Origin: Antedon mediterranea | Lineage: Eukaryota > Animalia > Echinodermata | DNA length: 64,000 bases | Assembly: GCF_964355755.1 (NCBI RefSeq) | Contig: NC_092673.1 | Coordinates: forward strand, 8,866,001 to 8,930,000 | Reading direction: 5' to 3' | In this document: positions 11,009 through 23,900 of the stretch, piece after piece | Numbering within the stretch: the first letter of the stretch is position 1 | Layout: each line of letters opens with the position of its first letter | Made by a program: the position numbers and the translations under genes | Notes under the pieces: model-generated | Told to the model about the DNA's origin: nothing | The model's database searches: none | Seen by the model: only the letters and a program-made list of their open reading frames with translations

Positions 11009-14000
11009 ATGACGTTTAAGGAGCTGATATGTTTAATATTAGTTATTTTGTCTTCTTTTATTTCTTCAACAAATGGAAATGATGCGTATCGCCAAGTCTT
11101 TGCAAACGTGATAGATATATTTAAACATGCTTCCAATATTGAACAAATGGAAACGGGATTTACGGTTTTTATTCTGATGAGCCCATATGACAAATCAATA
11201 TGGTCACGTGATGACTACCTCTACAACTATCTCCAACCTCAGAAACTAGGAGGAGGCGTATATCTGCCAGATTCCATAAGTTACTCACCAACAGAAACTG
11301 AAGGTATTGGTAATTACTTAGTTGCTGTACCTCCTGATCTGGGAACATCAACAGAAAGTTTAATACACAAAAATGGCATATTTGACAAGATGTGGGACAG
11401 CTACATGGCAGATGGTGGTGGAGCTAGTCCAGAAATCTTTATGTACACCTGGACTTACTTGTGTGTCTCTTGTACGGCTCATGTTATAAACGTATTTGGA
11501 CACACAGGTCGCTATTCATCAATTCCATTTACTATTGGTTTCACAGATTGGGGCTATAATATTGCTAACGTTAACTCATTTAGAAGTGAACAAGGGTTTA
11601 TTAATGAGAATAAGAAACGATTAGCTCCAATTGAACGTTTGCGTATTCGTTATACACGCGAAGAGGTACTTTTCTTCAATTTATTCAAATACACGGCTTT
11701 TCCTAAATTCTACGCAACGGCCAATCCCAGTGACCCGTATCATGATTTTGCAGTATTGATGGTCCTGCATCCAGCTACTAGACCGTATTTAGATGAAGAT
11801 TTGTTCGCAGAGTATTATCTAAAACCCTTAGATGATCATAGACAACCAAAGGTTCCAGGATATATCAGTAACGACATTATTAAACCACACTTTGCAGACG
11901 CATTTAATTACTTTGCTGCCAGAGGTTTAGATTCTGGTACAGGAACAAATGCTGCAGTGTTTAAAATATTGGACGTGTCTGCGTCGGGTGCTGGTACCTC
12001 ACAAACGTTGAAACTATTGCTTGAAAAATACGAGGAACGTTATGGCAAAGATGCACCATCTCCCGATATAGTGTTGTACACTTATGTTTACCCAAATACG
12101 TTTATTGTTAACTCGGTGGCAAATTGTTTATCAGAAGCAAAGGGTGATGGTAGTGCCTATCTAGGTTATTCAACTATTGGCAGTGGGCTTTTTATCAACC
12201 CAGCCAGTGATGATGCCGTATTTAAAGTGAAAGGTATCAAGGCATTGAATGTTTCTGTTGATAGTTTACCCCCACATAAATGGCAAGAATATGTTGCACC
12301 TGTTGACAAACATGAGGACGCTCCTGGTAACGAAGAAGTTCCAGACCAGGCTGACGCACAAGATGGTGAAGAACCGGATGAAGCAGATGATCAAGATGGA
12401 AAGGCGCTTGCTACAGTAACTCCAGGTGGAGGAGACGCACCACAAGCAGCGGGAGGGGATGATGATATCACTGGTGAGTTTGGAGTTGAATCGCCAGAGG
12501 AGGATATAGTTGCTGTTAAACCAGAGGACGTACATGAGGACACAAGTTTAATTGAGAGACGACCCCGCATATGTACGTCTGATATTATTGGTGTTGACGC
12601 GGTAGCAAACACATCATCAATTGCTGACTGTCATTCAATACAGTCTTGTACATTTGATTGTCTGAATGCTGCATTCGAGTGTGGCAAACTTTGCTGTTGT
12701 TGTGACGTCAATTCGGGTCCAGCCATGATGGCTTATCTTATAAATAGCGTAATGCAGGACTGTAGGTAAGTTTTAATTTTCTGTAAGTTTTTTCTGAACA
12801 TTGTATGTGTATATAACAACAATTTTTATAAAAAATCTTTTTATTTAAGGATTTCTTAGGTTGAATACCTTAACAATAGAATATTTATAATTGGGTTTTT
12901 TTCAAGCAAAACATGTTTGTTTTTCTTAGATATCTTACTTTTGATGAGGATGTTGAAAGCTGCTGGAAAACCTGGATAGCATGGAATGTGCAAACTGATT
13001 GTGAATGTCGTAATAATGACGCTCCTACAGTCATTTACAGCTGCCTAATAGGTGCATCAAGGGTAATTTCTTTTTCTTTCTACTTCTCCTATCAGCGAAA
13101 AATGTACGCATGTTATTCTCCCATGCCTAACTTCCAAATACGTTTTATTACTCCCACAAAAAAATAATTGTATGGGTTTTTTTCAAATTATTATTGTATT
13201 AGGCTTGGTTCCCATTCTAGGAACGAAAACAAGTTGACCAATGACAAGTGACCCTTCATGATCGGTCAAATTGCTTGCGTTGCGCCTACGTCATTGTGTC
13301 GCATCCAAAGTGTGAACAAAGCATTAGGAATACATTATTTTCGGAGTCATCTTGACATTATCTCGACTGTAAATATGCATCGTTCGAGAAAGGATTGGGG
13401 CGCTGTGTGAAAGCAGGCAGGGTATCATTTTACCGTCTCCTTGCCGTAAAATTATTGTATACTACATCGTATTTGTCCTTATTAAAACAATGCTATACAC
13501 TTTCAACACCAGTTAGGTCAAACATTTAGTAAACCAATAGATGTGAGCCAGCCATGGAAATTACAACCTCCGATGTTTCGTTTCGATGATCTGGAATCTC
13601 ACACTGTTGTGCAGTCAACATGTTACCCAGAAGGCATGTATTCTGGTTTCATATGTGCTGCGCCTGGTGCAGGTCCAGATAGTGGATTTAGACCTGGTAT
13701 AACTGGACAGATAGGACCAACAGACCCACCTACAAATAGTAAGACTGTAGTATAAAATGTCATTTGTTTATCAATCATTAGTAACTAAGTGAATTGCTAA
13801 TATAATGTATTTTACTCTCTATAAATATTGTAAACCTTGAATAGTAGGCCTATATACATATAAGTTGCCTGTAACCTATTCGTTTTAATTGCCTATAGCT
13901 TCAATTCGACTTGTTGGTGCTAACTCAACATTTGAAGGTACTGTTGAAATATATCACAGTGGTGTTTGGGGAGTTATCTGTGACGATGAATGGGATTTAC

Positions 14001-17000
14001 TAGATGCGCAAGTTGTTTGTCATCAATTAGGATTTCCCGGAGCAGACGTGGCTTTCTCACAGTGAGTACATTTTGTTATGTTACTTAATGGCCTAAAATG
14101 TTTTATCCAAAAACACATCGTATTTCAAGAGGAAGTAAAATAAAAATACGTTTACGTAAAATGTTTTACTTGAGTTAAAAATAATCGAACAAATATTTTT
14201 TCAATTTGAAGATTACCAACCTGATTACCTTGAATGCTCGTAGAAAAGGGCATATTAGGCCTACAATTCATCCATATGATGTCATGAGTTTCATCCTATC
14301 TATAGTATATTATAAGCAATCTATTTTATTGGATTTCGTGTGGCTAATAATATACTACGTATCAAAATTGTGGCCGAATTAATATAACAAGCTTATCTAA
14401 GAACAGTTTCGTTTCCCTTTGACAACATTTATTTGCCTCCCCAACAGGGCGTATTATGGTCAGTCTCCTGGTCAATTTTGGTTAGATGACGTCGACTGTT
14501 CAGGTACAGAAAAGAATATTGACGACTGTGCACATAGGTCATGGGGTGAACATGACTGCTACCCCTTTGAAGAGGCTGGTGTCAAATGTACACAGGTTGT
14601 TGGCCCTCTACCTGAGAGTAAGAGCACATTCATTGTATCGAGTTTCAGATCTTTTAAAAATTTGTCAAAATCCTGGAAAGTCAAGATTATTCGTGCACTG
14701 ATTTTTAACTTGCATATCTGCCAACAAAAACATTGTTAAACGCTAATAAACAAATTAATTTGTTGATGATGCACTCCTCATTGTATCTTTATCTTTAATA
14801 TTACACTAATATTACCATATTAACCAATTAGGCAACATGTTCGAGGTTTTGTTTAGAACCTTATTTTTCGTCGTTATCAGACAAGCTTGCCTTCATAAAT
14901 GGTGTTATAGTCTAATACAGAATAATGTACTGAACCAACCCCGGATTCAATTTCTTATAATCAATTGTATGTTTAGTAGCCCTAGATTTGTCGGTTTACA
15001 CTACCAAAATGAAATACACTGAAGTTTCTACTTGGCTGACGAATGTTTGTTTTTTTAGATCAAATTCGTTTGGTTGATGGGCGAACTGAGAATGAGGGTC
15101 GTGTTGAAGTCTATCATGATAATCTTTGGGGAACAATCTGTGATGACAAGTTTGATATTAAAGATGGTATCGTTATTTGCCAACAACTTGGCTACCCATC
15201 AGTAGAACGAGTCTATTCAAGGTTTTTTCTTAGTTTTCTTATTAAACAAAGACATCATATTTAAACAGGATGCAGTAACAATCGACTTGCAGGGGAGCCG
15301 GGGAGATAGAGCATAGTGTGGTGTTTTGCGGACATACGCCTCACCCTCCCACTCTTAATTTCGTGGTCATGCTTTCAAATCCAAAACATTGTTTCTAAAA
15401 CTTTTATGATGTATTTTCATGTATTTTAGAGCATACTTTGGACCAGGATCTGGTAGAATTTTTATGGATAATTTGGACTGTAGTGGCAGTGAAAGTCGTG
15501 TTGATGAATGTATTTTCCCAGGTTGGGGCGACAATGATTGTTCATCATCAGAGGACGCCGGTGTCAGATGTGAAGAAAAGAATGGTCAGTTTGGCTACCA
15601 TGTACATGTCAGCCCATAAGAAGTCCTTGTTTATTTTGTAACATCCGCGCGCTGTCCGCAAGAGACATGGAACATTGATCTCAGACTGATTCAAGTCCTT
15701 AAGTTCCTCTGTCCCTGTTTAAACTAAACTTTCTAACATACATACTTTAAACATGACATCGTATATCATTATCATACTATTGAGATACTGTAAAATATGA
15801 TTAAGTAGGGTAGGCGTACACTATTCAATTGCGTTAAATATTGTGCATCCACCCTTTTTAACAATTTTAACAATTGCACTACACATCTGTAGAGTGTCTT
15901 TTAACATTTTTTACTGGTTTTATAGGAGATACAGACGCAGGAACAAGCGGTGTTGCACGCGACTGTGGTGATATTCTAAGGTCGCTTCAGACAACAAGTG
16001 GTGTTTACACAATCAAACCAGATAGCTTACAATTTACAATTGATGTCTACTGTGATATGGACACAGATGGTGGAGGGTGGACGGTAATTCAGAAGCGAGA
16101 TGATGGTATAGTGGACTTTTACCAAAACTGGAACGATTACAAGGTTATTATTTCAGGGGTTTTGACAATGGGATATCAACATTTTTAGTCGCGTGGAAGC
16201 GACTCTATAGTTCACTATGTCGGTCGGTCGGTCGGTCTGTCTGTCTGTCTGTCTGTCGGTCTGTCTGTCGGTCTGTCTGTCGGTCTGTCTGTCTGTCTGT
16301 CGGTCCGGTATCACTATGCGTTTTATCGCTTTATGACCTTATCTTGATATCAGTTTAATCTAGCTAAATCAATTTTTCACAAAATATTCCTTATGGCCAG
16401 GAATCGATGTGGTTATGATTTCACGGTGCGCAATAAAAAATTACGCGGTCTACGCACGATTTAACGAAATCACGTTTGTAATCATATCTTAACAACCATG
16501 AATCACAATTAAATAAAATTTGGTACTCATAAATTTCAGGGCATGAATCATCATATGGCAATACAATTACGTGCGTAGCGCATGTAACGCATGCGTACGC
16601 GCGCCTAAAGTTTTCAAAATTTATTTTCGATAAAATAAGAGTACGTTTCAGGCAATTTTAAGCGTTTACAAAATTGCCATGAGTTTTCTTGACTTACTTT
16701 TCAACTCGAAATTACGTTATACGAGCACGTCAAAAGTGACAGGCTACGCACGTGTAAATTAAAAAAATATAAATGTTTTTAAACATTTCAACATTTTTAA
16801 ACATGTTCAGTAATTTCGGTCAGTATAGTTCACTATGTCGGTCGGTCCGTCTGTCTGTCGGTCTGTCTGTCTGTCGGTCTGTTTTTCTGTCGGTCCGGTA
16901 TCACTATGCATTGTAGCACGCGACTTAATGGCTGTTGGCCTTGTTAATCATAAACTCAATAGCCAATCAAAAAATTGCACCGAAGTGCGGCATATATTGT

Positions 17001-17866
17001 TGTCTGAGATACAGTACATGTCACTTGTGTGGAAGGAAACACTCATAAACTGGCACTGACCATTACTCTACATACGTTAATGTAAAATTGTTACTGTTAA
17101 TAATATCTCTTTGTTTAGACTGGATTTGGTGACATTAACGACGAATTTTGGCTCGGTAATGAAGTGATTCATCGATTAACCAATCAGGGGCATTATGCTC
17201 TTAGAATTGATCTTGAAGACTTTGTAGGCAATAGTGCATACGCCCTCTATGATAGCATTGTTGTTCTGGATGAGAACCAAGATTACCAGATATTGCTTGG
17301 CAACTTCTTAGATGGAGATGCTAAGGATTCGATGGTAGGATCATCGCCATTCACAACATCAGGTGGTGAAAACAATAGAATGCCATTTAGTACCTACGTA
17401 AGTATTTCTTGTTAATTTGCTACCATTAGAAACCAAATCAGAGTTCAATTTGTATTTAGTCGTACATGCCGTGAGATGATAATTAATTAACGATAATTGT
17501 GCATACAAGTAGCCTGTACTCTAAGAACTTGGAACACGAGGTGATGCATCGGTCATTCTCCTTTAACCTCTTCGTAATGTTCATCGTTTAATGTTTGCAT
17601 TGATCTTCTTGTTCCTTTTAATTTAGGATCGTAAAAACCCGGATAGTAGTCAAAGTGAAAATTGTGTCGAGTCTCGTCACAGTGGATGGTGGTTCAATGT
17701 AGAATGTGGTTCATCAAACTTAAATGGTGTCTATTATGATTTTGATGACGAGTATTTAAATCCACCACACAATTCAATCCATTGGTATTCATGGACATAT
17801 AGCCACATGGCCCTCAACAAAGCCTCCATGAAAATCAAGATATTGGAAAACTACAACCGCAAATAA
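11009..17866 (+). CDS. Secreted multidomain putative immune protein, paralog B (~1167 aa), same architecture as paralog A
   Basis: Exons 11009-12765, 12930-13062, 13513-13738, 13899-14061, 14448-14617, 15059-15221, 15430-15584, 15926-16143, 17119-17397, 17627-17866. Total 3504 nt, in frame. Intron phases match paralog A, and exons 2, 4 and 6 have identical lengths (133, 163, 163 nt). Signal peptide [23 protein letters not shown]; [11 protein letters not shown] motif; two SRCRs; FReD ([30 protein letters not shown]). Confidence 0.9.
16182..16945 (+). mobile_element. Helentron-associated non-autonomous element (HINE/DINE-1-like) in intron 8 of paralog B
   Basis: T-run followed by subterminal IR agtcgcgt (16187) pairing with acgcgact (~16918). 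It has (GTCT/GTCG)n microsatellite blocks, an internally duplicated core tatagttcactatgtcggtc...ccggtatcactatgc, and a short 3' hairpin ending in TT. Confidence 0.7.
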
Positions 17867-18733
17867 GATTTTGTTATATAGAAAAGAAGCTGATTTTGTA
17901 TATGCATTCAAAGTATAAGGTTTGATAATGTTGTGAAAACGAAAACACACAAACCCACAAGACTAAAATACCTTTGTTTAAGGAAGAGCTTTCAGTATAA
18001 TAAATAGTAACTTTAGACGCATTACAGTGTGTTACAAACATGGTGTAGTATATTGTTTATTTTAATTTGTAAAACGTATTGGTCTCGTTACGCATGTTAT
18101 TGCGGTTATTACCGCCCATTACCATCCATAAATATAATATTTTGGTTGGCTTTTGGTAAGAAATGTATTGATACACCCTCGATGTATAAAGTACGTAATT
18201 TATAATGGACTTTATTACATTTTACTCATGCTATTATTACGCAGCTAATTAATCATGCATCGGTTCTATACATAAATGAAAGAAAAGAAATAAATTTTAA
18301 AAAAATAATTTACAAAGGAGAGAGAAGAGAGAGAACCCAAGAGATGGTTCATTCGTTTCAAGGGAATACGGGTGTTTTGGAAGAAAGGTAGGCCTATACT
18401 GTACAAATAATCTCAATACCAACACAAATAATAATTGAGAACTTTTACATTTAAATTGAATAAATTGCGTGTAATGTAAAAATTCGATTGCAGTGTCGTA
18501 GTTATAAAAGTAATTCAGACAGGTCGGCAGGACACTCACTTCTCGCGCAGCTTTCAGGGTCAGCGTCTGTTAATTAATTGATTAATTGAAATTGTTTTAT
18601 TTCTAGCCTAATATGGATTATATTTATCCACAAAATACTTAATGAAGTTTAAGTTGAAGTTGAATTTATCCGTCACGACTAACTTCATTAAATAATTCAA
18701 TAGTAAATACTTCATCCTATTCAATAACTCTAC

Positions 18734-20990
18734 TTAATAGGCAATAGGCCGTACCTTCATTTCAGTGGCTTTCAATGAATAAAAAATTCGACCACTAGAA
18801 GAGGCACTGCTTCCACCCTTCCATTCAATGCCATCATCTCTAAGGGAAGTGTATCTATCCGTTTGATAATATTTTCCGTTAAGATTACATTCATCACAAG
18901 CCCTAAACCACCAACCACCACTATGTAAAACAGCACAATTTGCTGATGAACTTATGTCGTTGTCCCTGTCGTAGGTTGTAAATTTCTGGTTTTTATGGTA
19001 TGATAATCTATCGGGTGCAGTCCCACTAAGATATAGGTCATAGTTTAACCTATAAAAATCATCTTCACTATGGACATTGAAGTTTGAGTACTTGGCAAAG
19101 CTTTTCGAGTCATGCCAGTCCTCCATATCGATGCGTAGTGTGTAAAGACCCTGTCTTGTCAAGTAATGCATGTAGTCGTTTCCAAGCCAATGTTCTCCCG
19201 TCGTGGCTCCAAAGCCTTCTTTGTAGTTTTGCCAAGTTCGATTGAAGCCAATGGTACCATCCATGCGACGTTGAAATACGGTCCAACCACCACCATCAGA
19301 AAACATATCGCAGTAAACTCGGAACTGACTGTGGTAACCTCTAGGTTGGATCTTGTAGGGTCCGCTTGTTGCTTTAGAATTACGTCGTTTGACATCAGCA
19401 CAGTCGACAGGGATTGGTTCGGAGCACTCTATGATAGGCAATCAAAAATTAGGTTTTAGGATAAATAATAGGCTAAATCTTTTCTATTTTTTATGCAACT
19501 TGTTTGTTGGCCTATTATTTTAACATAGCGTTAGCATGCCGGTGTGCTGAAATACTGAAATCATTTTAATGTCATAATTATATTGTATTGTTATTCTTCG
19601 TACACAAACAAAGTATGCTAATTGCATGATATAGAGTTTCCAACTTCAAAAAACGAAATATAAGAATAATTTATTTTGTTTTGTCAAAAAGGAGAGTGAG
19701 TATAAACTACTTATATAAATATTAAAAGGGCGCTATTTTAAAATATTATATTATAAAATAAAAATATACTAATGGCATTTCCTGAAAATGTAAACCTCAT
19801 CTACTTAACGATATTAAAAATAATCGTTAAATTAACCACAAATAATTTTAAGACATTTTCGGTCAAGCACAGTGTTGTTATTTTTCTAGGAAATAACCTC
19901 GTTGTAATAATAGGGGGACTTCTAATGGGTTTCTAGTTTAATTGATGATAAAGACGTTTTTATTATGATGTTTTCTCTATTGTAGAAGAAAGGTTAATAG
20001 CGACACAATAAGCACGAATTCGGTCACGAACCTGATCCTCAAACGGTGCAATTGATATGTCTTAAAAGGGAAATAACAAGTGATTAACATGTTTAAGCAG
20101 GAAAACAGATCGCAATAAAAATGATAAAACAATGATCAGATACAATTTAGTTTATTTCTGAAAAAGTAATTTACTTTTTTTTGTTCACTTCATTGTGCTG
20201 AAATAAGCTAAAAACAGTTTCAAATCCAAGACATTCGTCATAAAAAAAATGACGAGAAACAACAAGAAAAAGGAAAGAGTAGATATATTAATTTTACATT
20301 TTTGTTTTTCCAAAAGTGAAAACAAAAATAACTAATAGGCCTAACTAAATAAATAATACCTGATACCTGTGGGCGATATGTTATAAAATTATGGTAAAAA
20401 GTGAACATTTTTGGCATCCAGTTGTTATAAAATTATGGTAAAAAGTGAACATTTTTGGCATCCAGTTGTTATAAAATTATGGTAAAAAGTGAACATTTTT
20501 GGCATCCAGTTCACAGCTCATTCACAACCGATCATTCCAAGTCTAGACTTTTCCCGAGAAGTCTGAATTTAATTTTTCTTCTTCTGTTAGTCTGCCAGCC
20601 GGCGTTTCAATTTTTATCTTGAAAATATTCTAGATTCGAGCTCAAGTATTATTAAGTCTAGAACTTAAAACTACATCTACTACTACATATCAACTTTGCT
20701 TATTGTTTCTGAAATCACGGTAAAATAAGATAATGTGGGGCCTACTTACCGTTAACACTTTGCAAACTGTCATGTGTGACGATTTTTTGCGCATCGCTAA
20801 GTATGCCACAATCGCAGGCTTTTTCTGATGCTGTTAGCAACGTACGTACAGATTCTAATTCTTTTAGCATTGCGTCACAAGACCCGTCAACAGTAGCACA
20901 TTCTGCAGCGGTTGGTTTATCTTGATTTACAACATTTGCAATAGCATATCCAACAACAGCAAAAAATAACAATGCACTTGTATATGCCAT
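18734..20990 (-). CDS. Secreted fibrinogen-related protein (FReD; ficolin/MFAP4/tenascin-like C-terminal domain), ~311 aa
   Basis: Exon 1 20990-20750 encodes signal peptide MAYTSALLFFAVVGYAIA and a short Cys-flanked helical segment, donor G|GTAAGT. Exon 2 19428-18734 encodes the whole FReD: VYCDMFSDGGGWTVFQRRMDG, EHWLGND, KFTTYDRDND, GGWWFRACDECNLNG. Total 936 nt, in frame. Confidence 0.92.
20379..20510. repeat. 44-bp tandem repeat, 3 copies (intron of the FReD gene)
   Basis: ttataaaattatggtaaaaagtgaacatttttggcatccagtt recurs at 20381, 20425 and 20469. Confidence 0.95.
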
Positions 20991-23900
20991 AGTGCTATAT
21001 AAAGTCAATTATCTTAACGATATGATTATAACTTATGACTTAAAACGTTGGCAGTTTCACTTGAACTATTTAAAAATGCATGCTCACCAACACGTATACA
21101 TTAAATGTCTCCACGGAAAGTTTGTGAATATTTATGTACGTCATTAGTGACTGACGTTTACTTGGACTTACGCCAGGTAAGTTTGCGGAAAGTAATACAA
21201 ATGTCAAGATCCACAGTACAAAAAATAATAGTTTGTTAATCTTTCGATATAACACAAAAGTGGGTTAGATTGACACCAATACAAACTAGCCAATTTGCAA
21301 ATGAATGTTATATACAAACGATAAATTATGTGCAATTAAGTGATTTGTTAATTTTATCATAGGCTTTTAATTCTCTATTAAATAATATAGGCCCTATATG
21401 TAAAGTTTCTATGTTTCATAATAGACCTACCTGAACTTGAACTTATCTTTATAATATAGCAATTCATTATCATTATAAATAAATAGAAGTTGAACATAAA
21501 AACATCGCTTATAAAAAATACGAAACATTGCACTCAAAAGTTATACTCAAAAGTTAGCAAGGTAAATAAAGTTCATGAAAACACAATGGTTTGTAATAAA
21601 TGATTTTGATCTTTTAGTTTTATATATTATTGGTAAAAACAAAACATTACTGTGTTGGAGATAAAATTAAAATAAAATCTAAGCCTACTTTGCGCATTGG
21701 TCTAAGAAAAAATTATCTGATGTATTAGCCTATATAAACATGGTCAATTTTTGAGATCCATGAGGGGTCATTAGAAATCGTGACTCGTTCATAATCGTTA
21801 ATAATTCAGTTTTATTTACACATTTTTGATCGGCTTAATATTTACTTTTATTACTTTAGATGCTGTTGAGGTTGTAGACAGAGGATATTATAAAAGGTAT
21901 TTTCTATAAAAAAAAACCTGCAATTTCTTAATCTTTCATAATAAATTCACCAAATAATTGTTTTTGTTTTCTTTATAGCACAAATTCAATAGGCCATTAA
22001 TTGTTCCAGTTAAAACTCGTTTGTACAACCCGCTATAGAACAATTTTTTTAACTGTTATTGGTGCCTTTAAAACAACAAGTTTCAAACATTGGACTGTTT
22101 CCAATGTTACAACTTCTAACTACTTCAATTTTTTTTACCACATCCTCTGTTGATATGCATGTTGCTTGAATAATCTTGTTATTAACTTTTGTTTATTTTT
22201 TTTTGTAGATTACTAAGAATACGCTGTCTATTTTTTTTTTAAGATGACAGTACTAAACTTATTAATCTGAATCCAGTACATTATATTAATTGAAGGAGTA
22301 CACAAGTTACATAAAAAGCAGAAAGGTGCTAACTAAACGAATGGCAAAAATAATAGATCATCAAAGTCGGACCTTATTTCGGTGTGTCTTGTATATAAGC
22401 TGCATCTTTGCCTCACTGCAGTTAGATTAGCCTGATAATATATTTGATCATAATGATTTGATATAGGCCTAGTATTTATAGGAACTTATTTGCCAAACTA
22501 AGTATTGCGAAAAACATTCCTTGTGATTGCTGTCGGTATTGATATTGTTTATGTAAAAAACACATTTATTCAAATACTATACCAACACAAATAACAATGT
22601 TGCTGTTTGTTGCTTTGTTTTTAATCATTTCTTTTCTTCTTAAAAATATTTAATGTATCAATCATGTGCATGCCAACAAATCATTGTTTTTTTTGCAGGA
22701 CTAATAATAATGAAGATCATTTTTTCCTTCTTAAATGTGTGTTAAAATTTTAATTAATTTGTAACAAATTTCTACGTTCTACTTTTAAAATAAATCTTTG
22801 TTTATTATCTACGCCACTACACTGACAATTGTACTTAACAATCGTCAACAAGGACAATAAACCCGATTATAACAATAACGTCTAGTGTTTGTGTTTCGTT
22901 ATGGTTTAAGAGGTCAATCGGTCAGTCTGTATTTTGTTCTTTTTAAATTAGGATATGATTCATCCACTGAGATCAAGTTCAGGGGTTTCATTTATAAAAC
23001 CTAAACGAATAAAACTATAATTACTGTTATGTTGATTTGGCAATTTAATAATGACCGTTAAAACCTATCACTACAATCGATAATTATGAAAATAGGGGAG
23101 AAAATTAAGAATAAATTACGAAACAATGTCGGCAATATTTTCGAGACTGTGAAACAGGATGTCACCTAATTTATTTTATTCATTAAAAAATTAAAATACA
23201 AAAGATTTATAATTAATTTGAATCCAATAATTACCGTTTTGCTTCTGTTTTTATTTATTTTGTTGTTTTTTACGTTTTTATTCAATAATGTACTGTAATT
23301 GATTTAATGCTAATTAAAACACTCACACGCTATATATCTTAATGATTACATTATGAATATTTATTTTACACAAGTTCATACTTTGGAACTGATAAAATCA
23401 CAAATAGTTAGGCCTATGGTTTTAAAAATTAAGTGTTGAAAACAAGTTAAATGGAGTGGGGGTGGGGGTGTAATCATTTGGAATGTTTACATTAATGAAC
23501 AAGAAAGCCACTCCGAGGGTACATACCTCCGCCTACTGTGAAATGCTGTGTACGATTTATTATTATTATTATGTAACCAGCCTTTCAACTAACAATAGAA
23601 CAGTAACGCTAAAAACAAACGGGTGAATTTTAAAAGAAATAGGTTTTTCAAAACTACTCGTATTAAAAAACTTGTAAATTAAATCAAATTATGTTTAAAA
23701 ATTACAAATCACAAATTGCAACTCTTGCCTCTTGTACTAAAATGAAGTTTTTTGGACGAGTAGTTATCGAAAAAATGCAATTTCAGTATAGCCGGCTTTT
23801 GAAAATTCTGTCTTATCTTTTAACACTAGCAGGTCTGAAAATTATACTAAAAAGTTGCCTCCAACAATTAATGGAGTGGTCCTCACAATGTAATGCTGTA

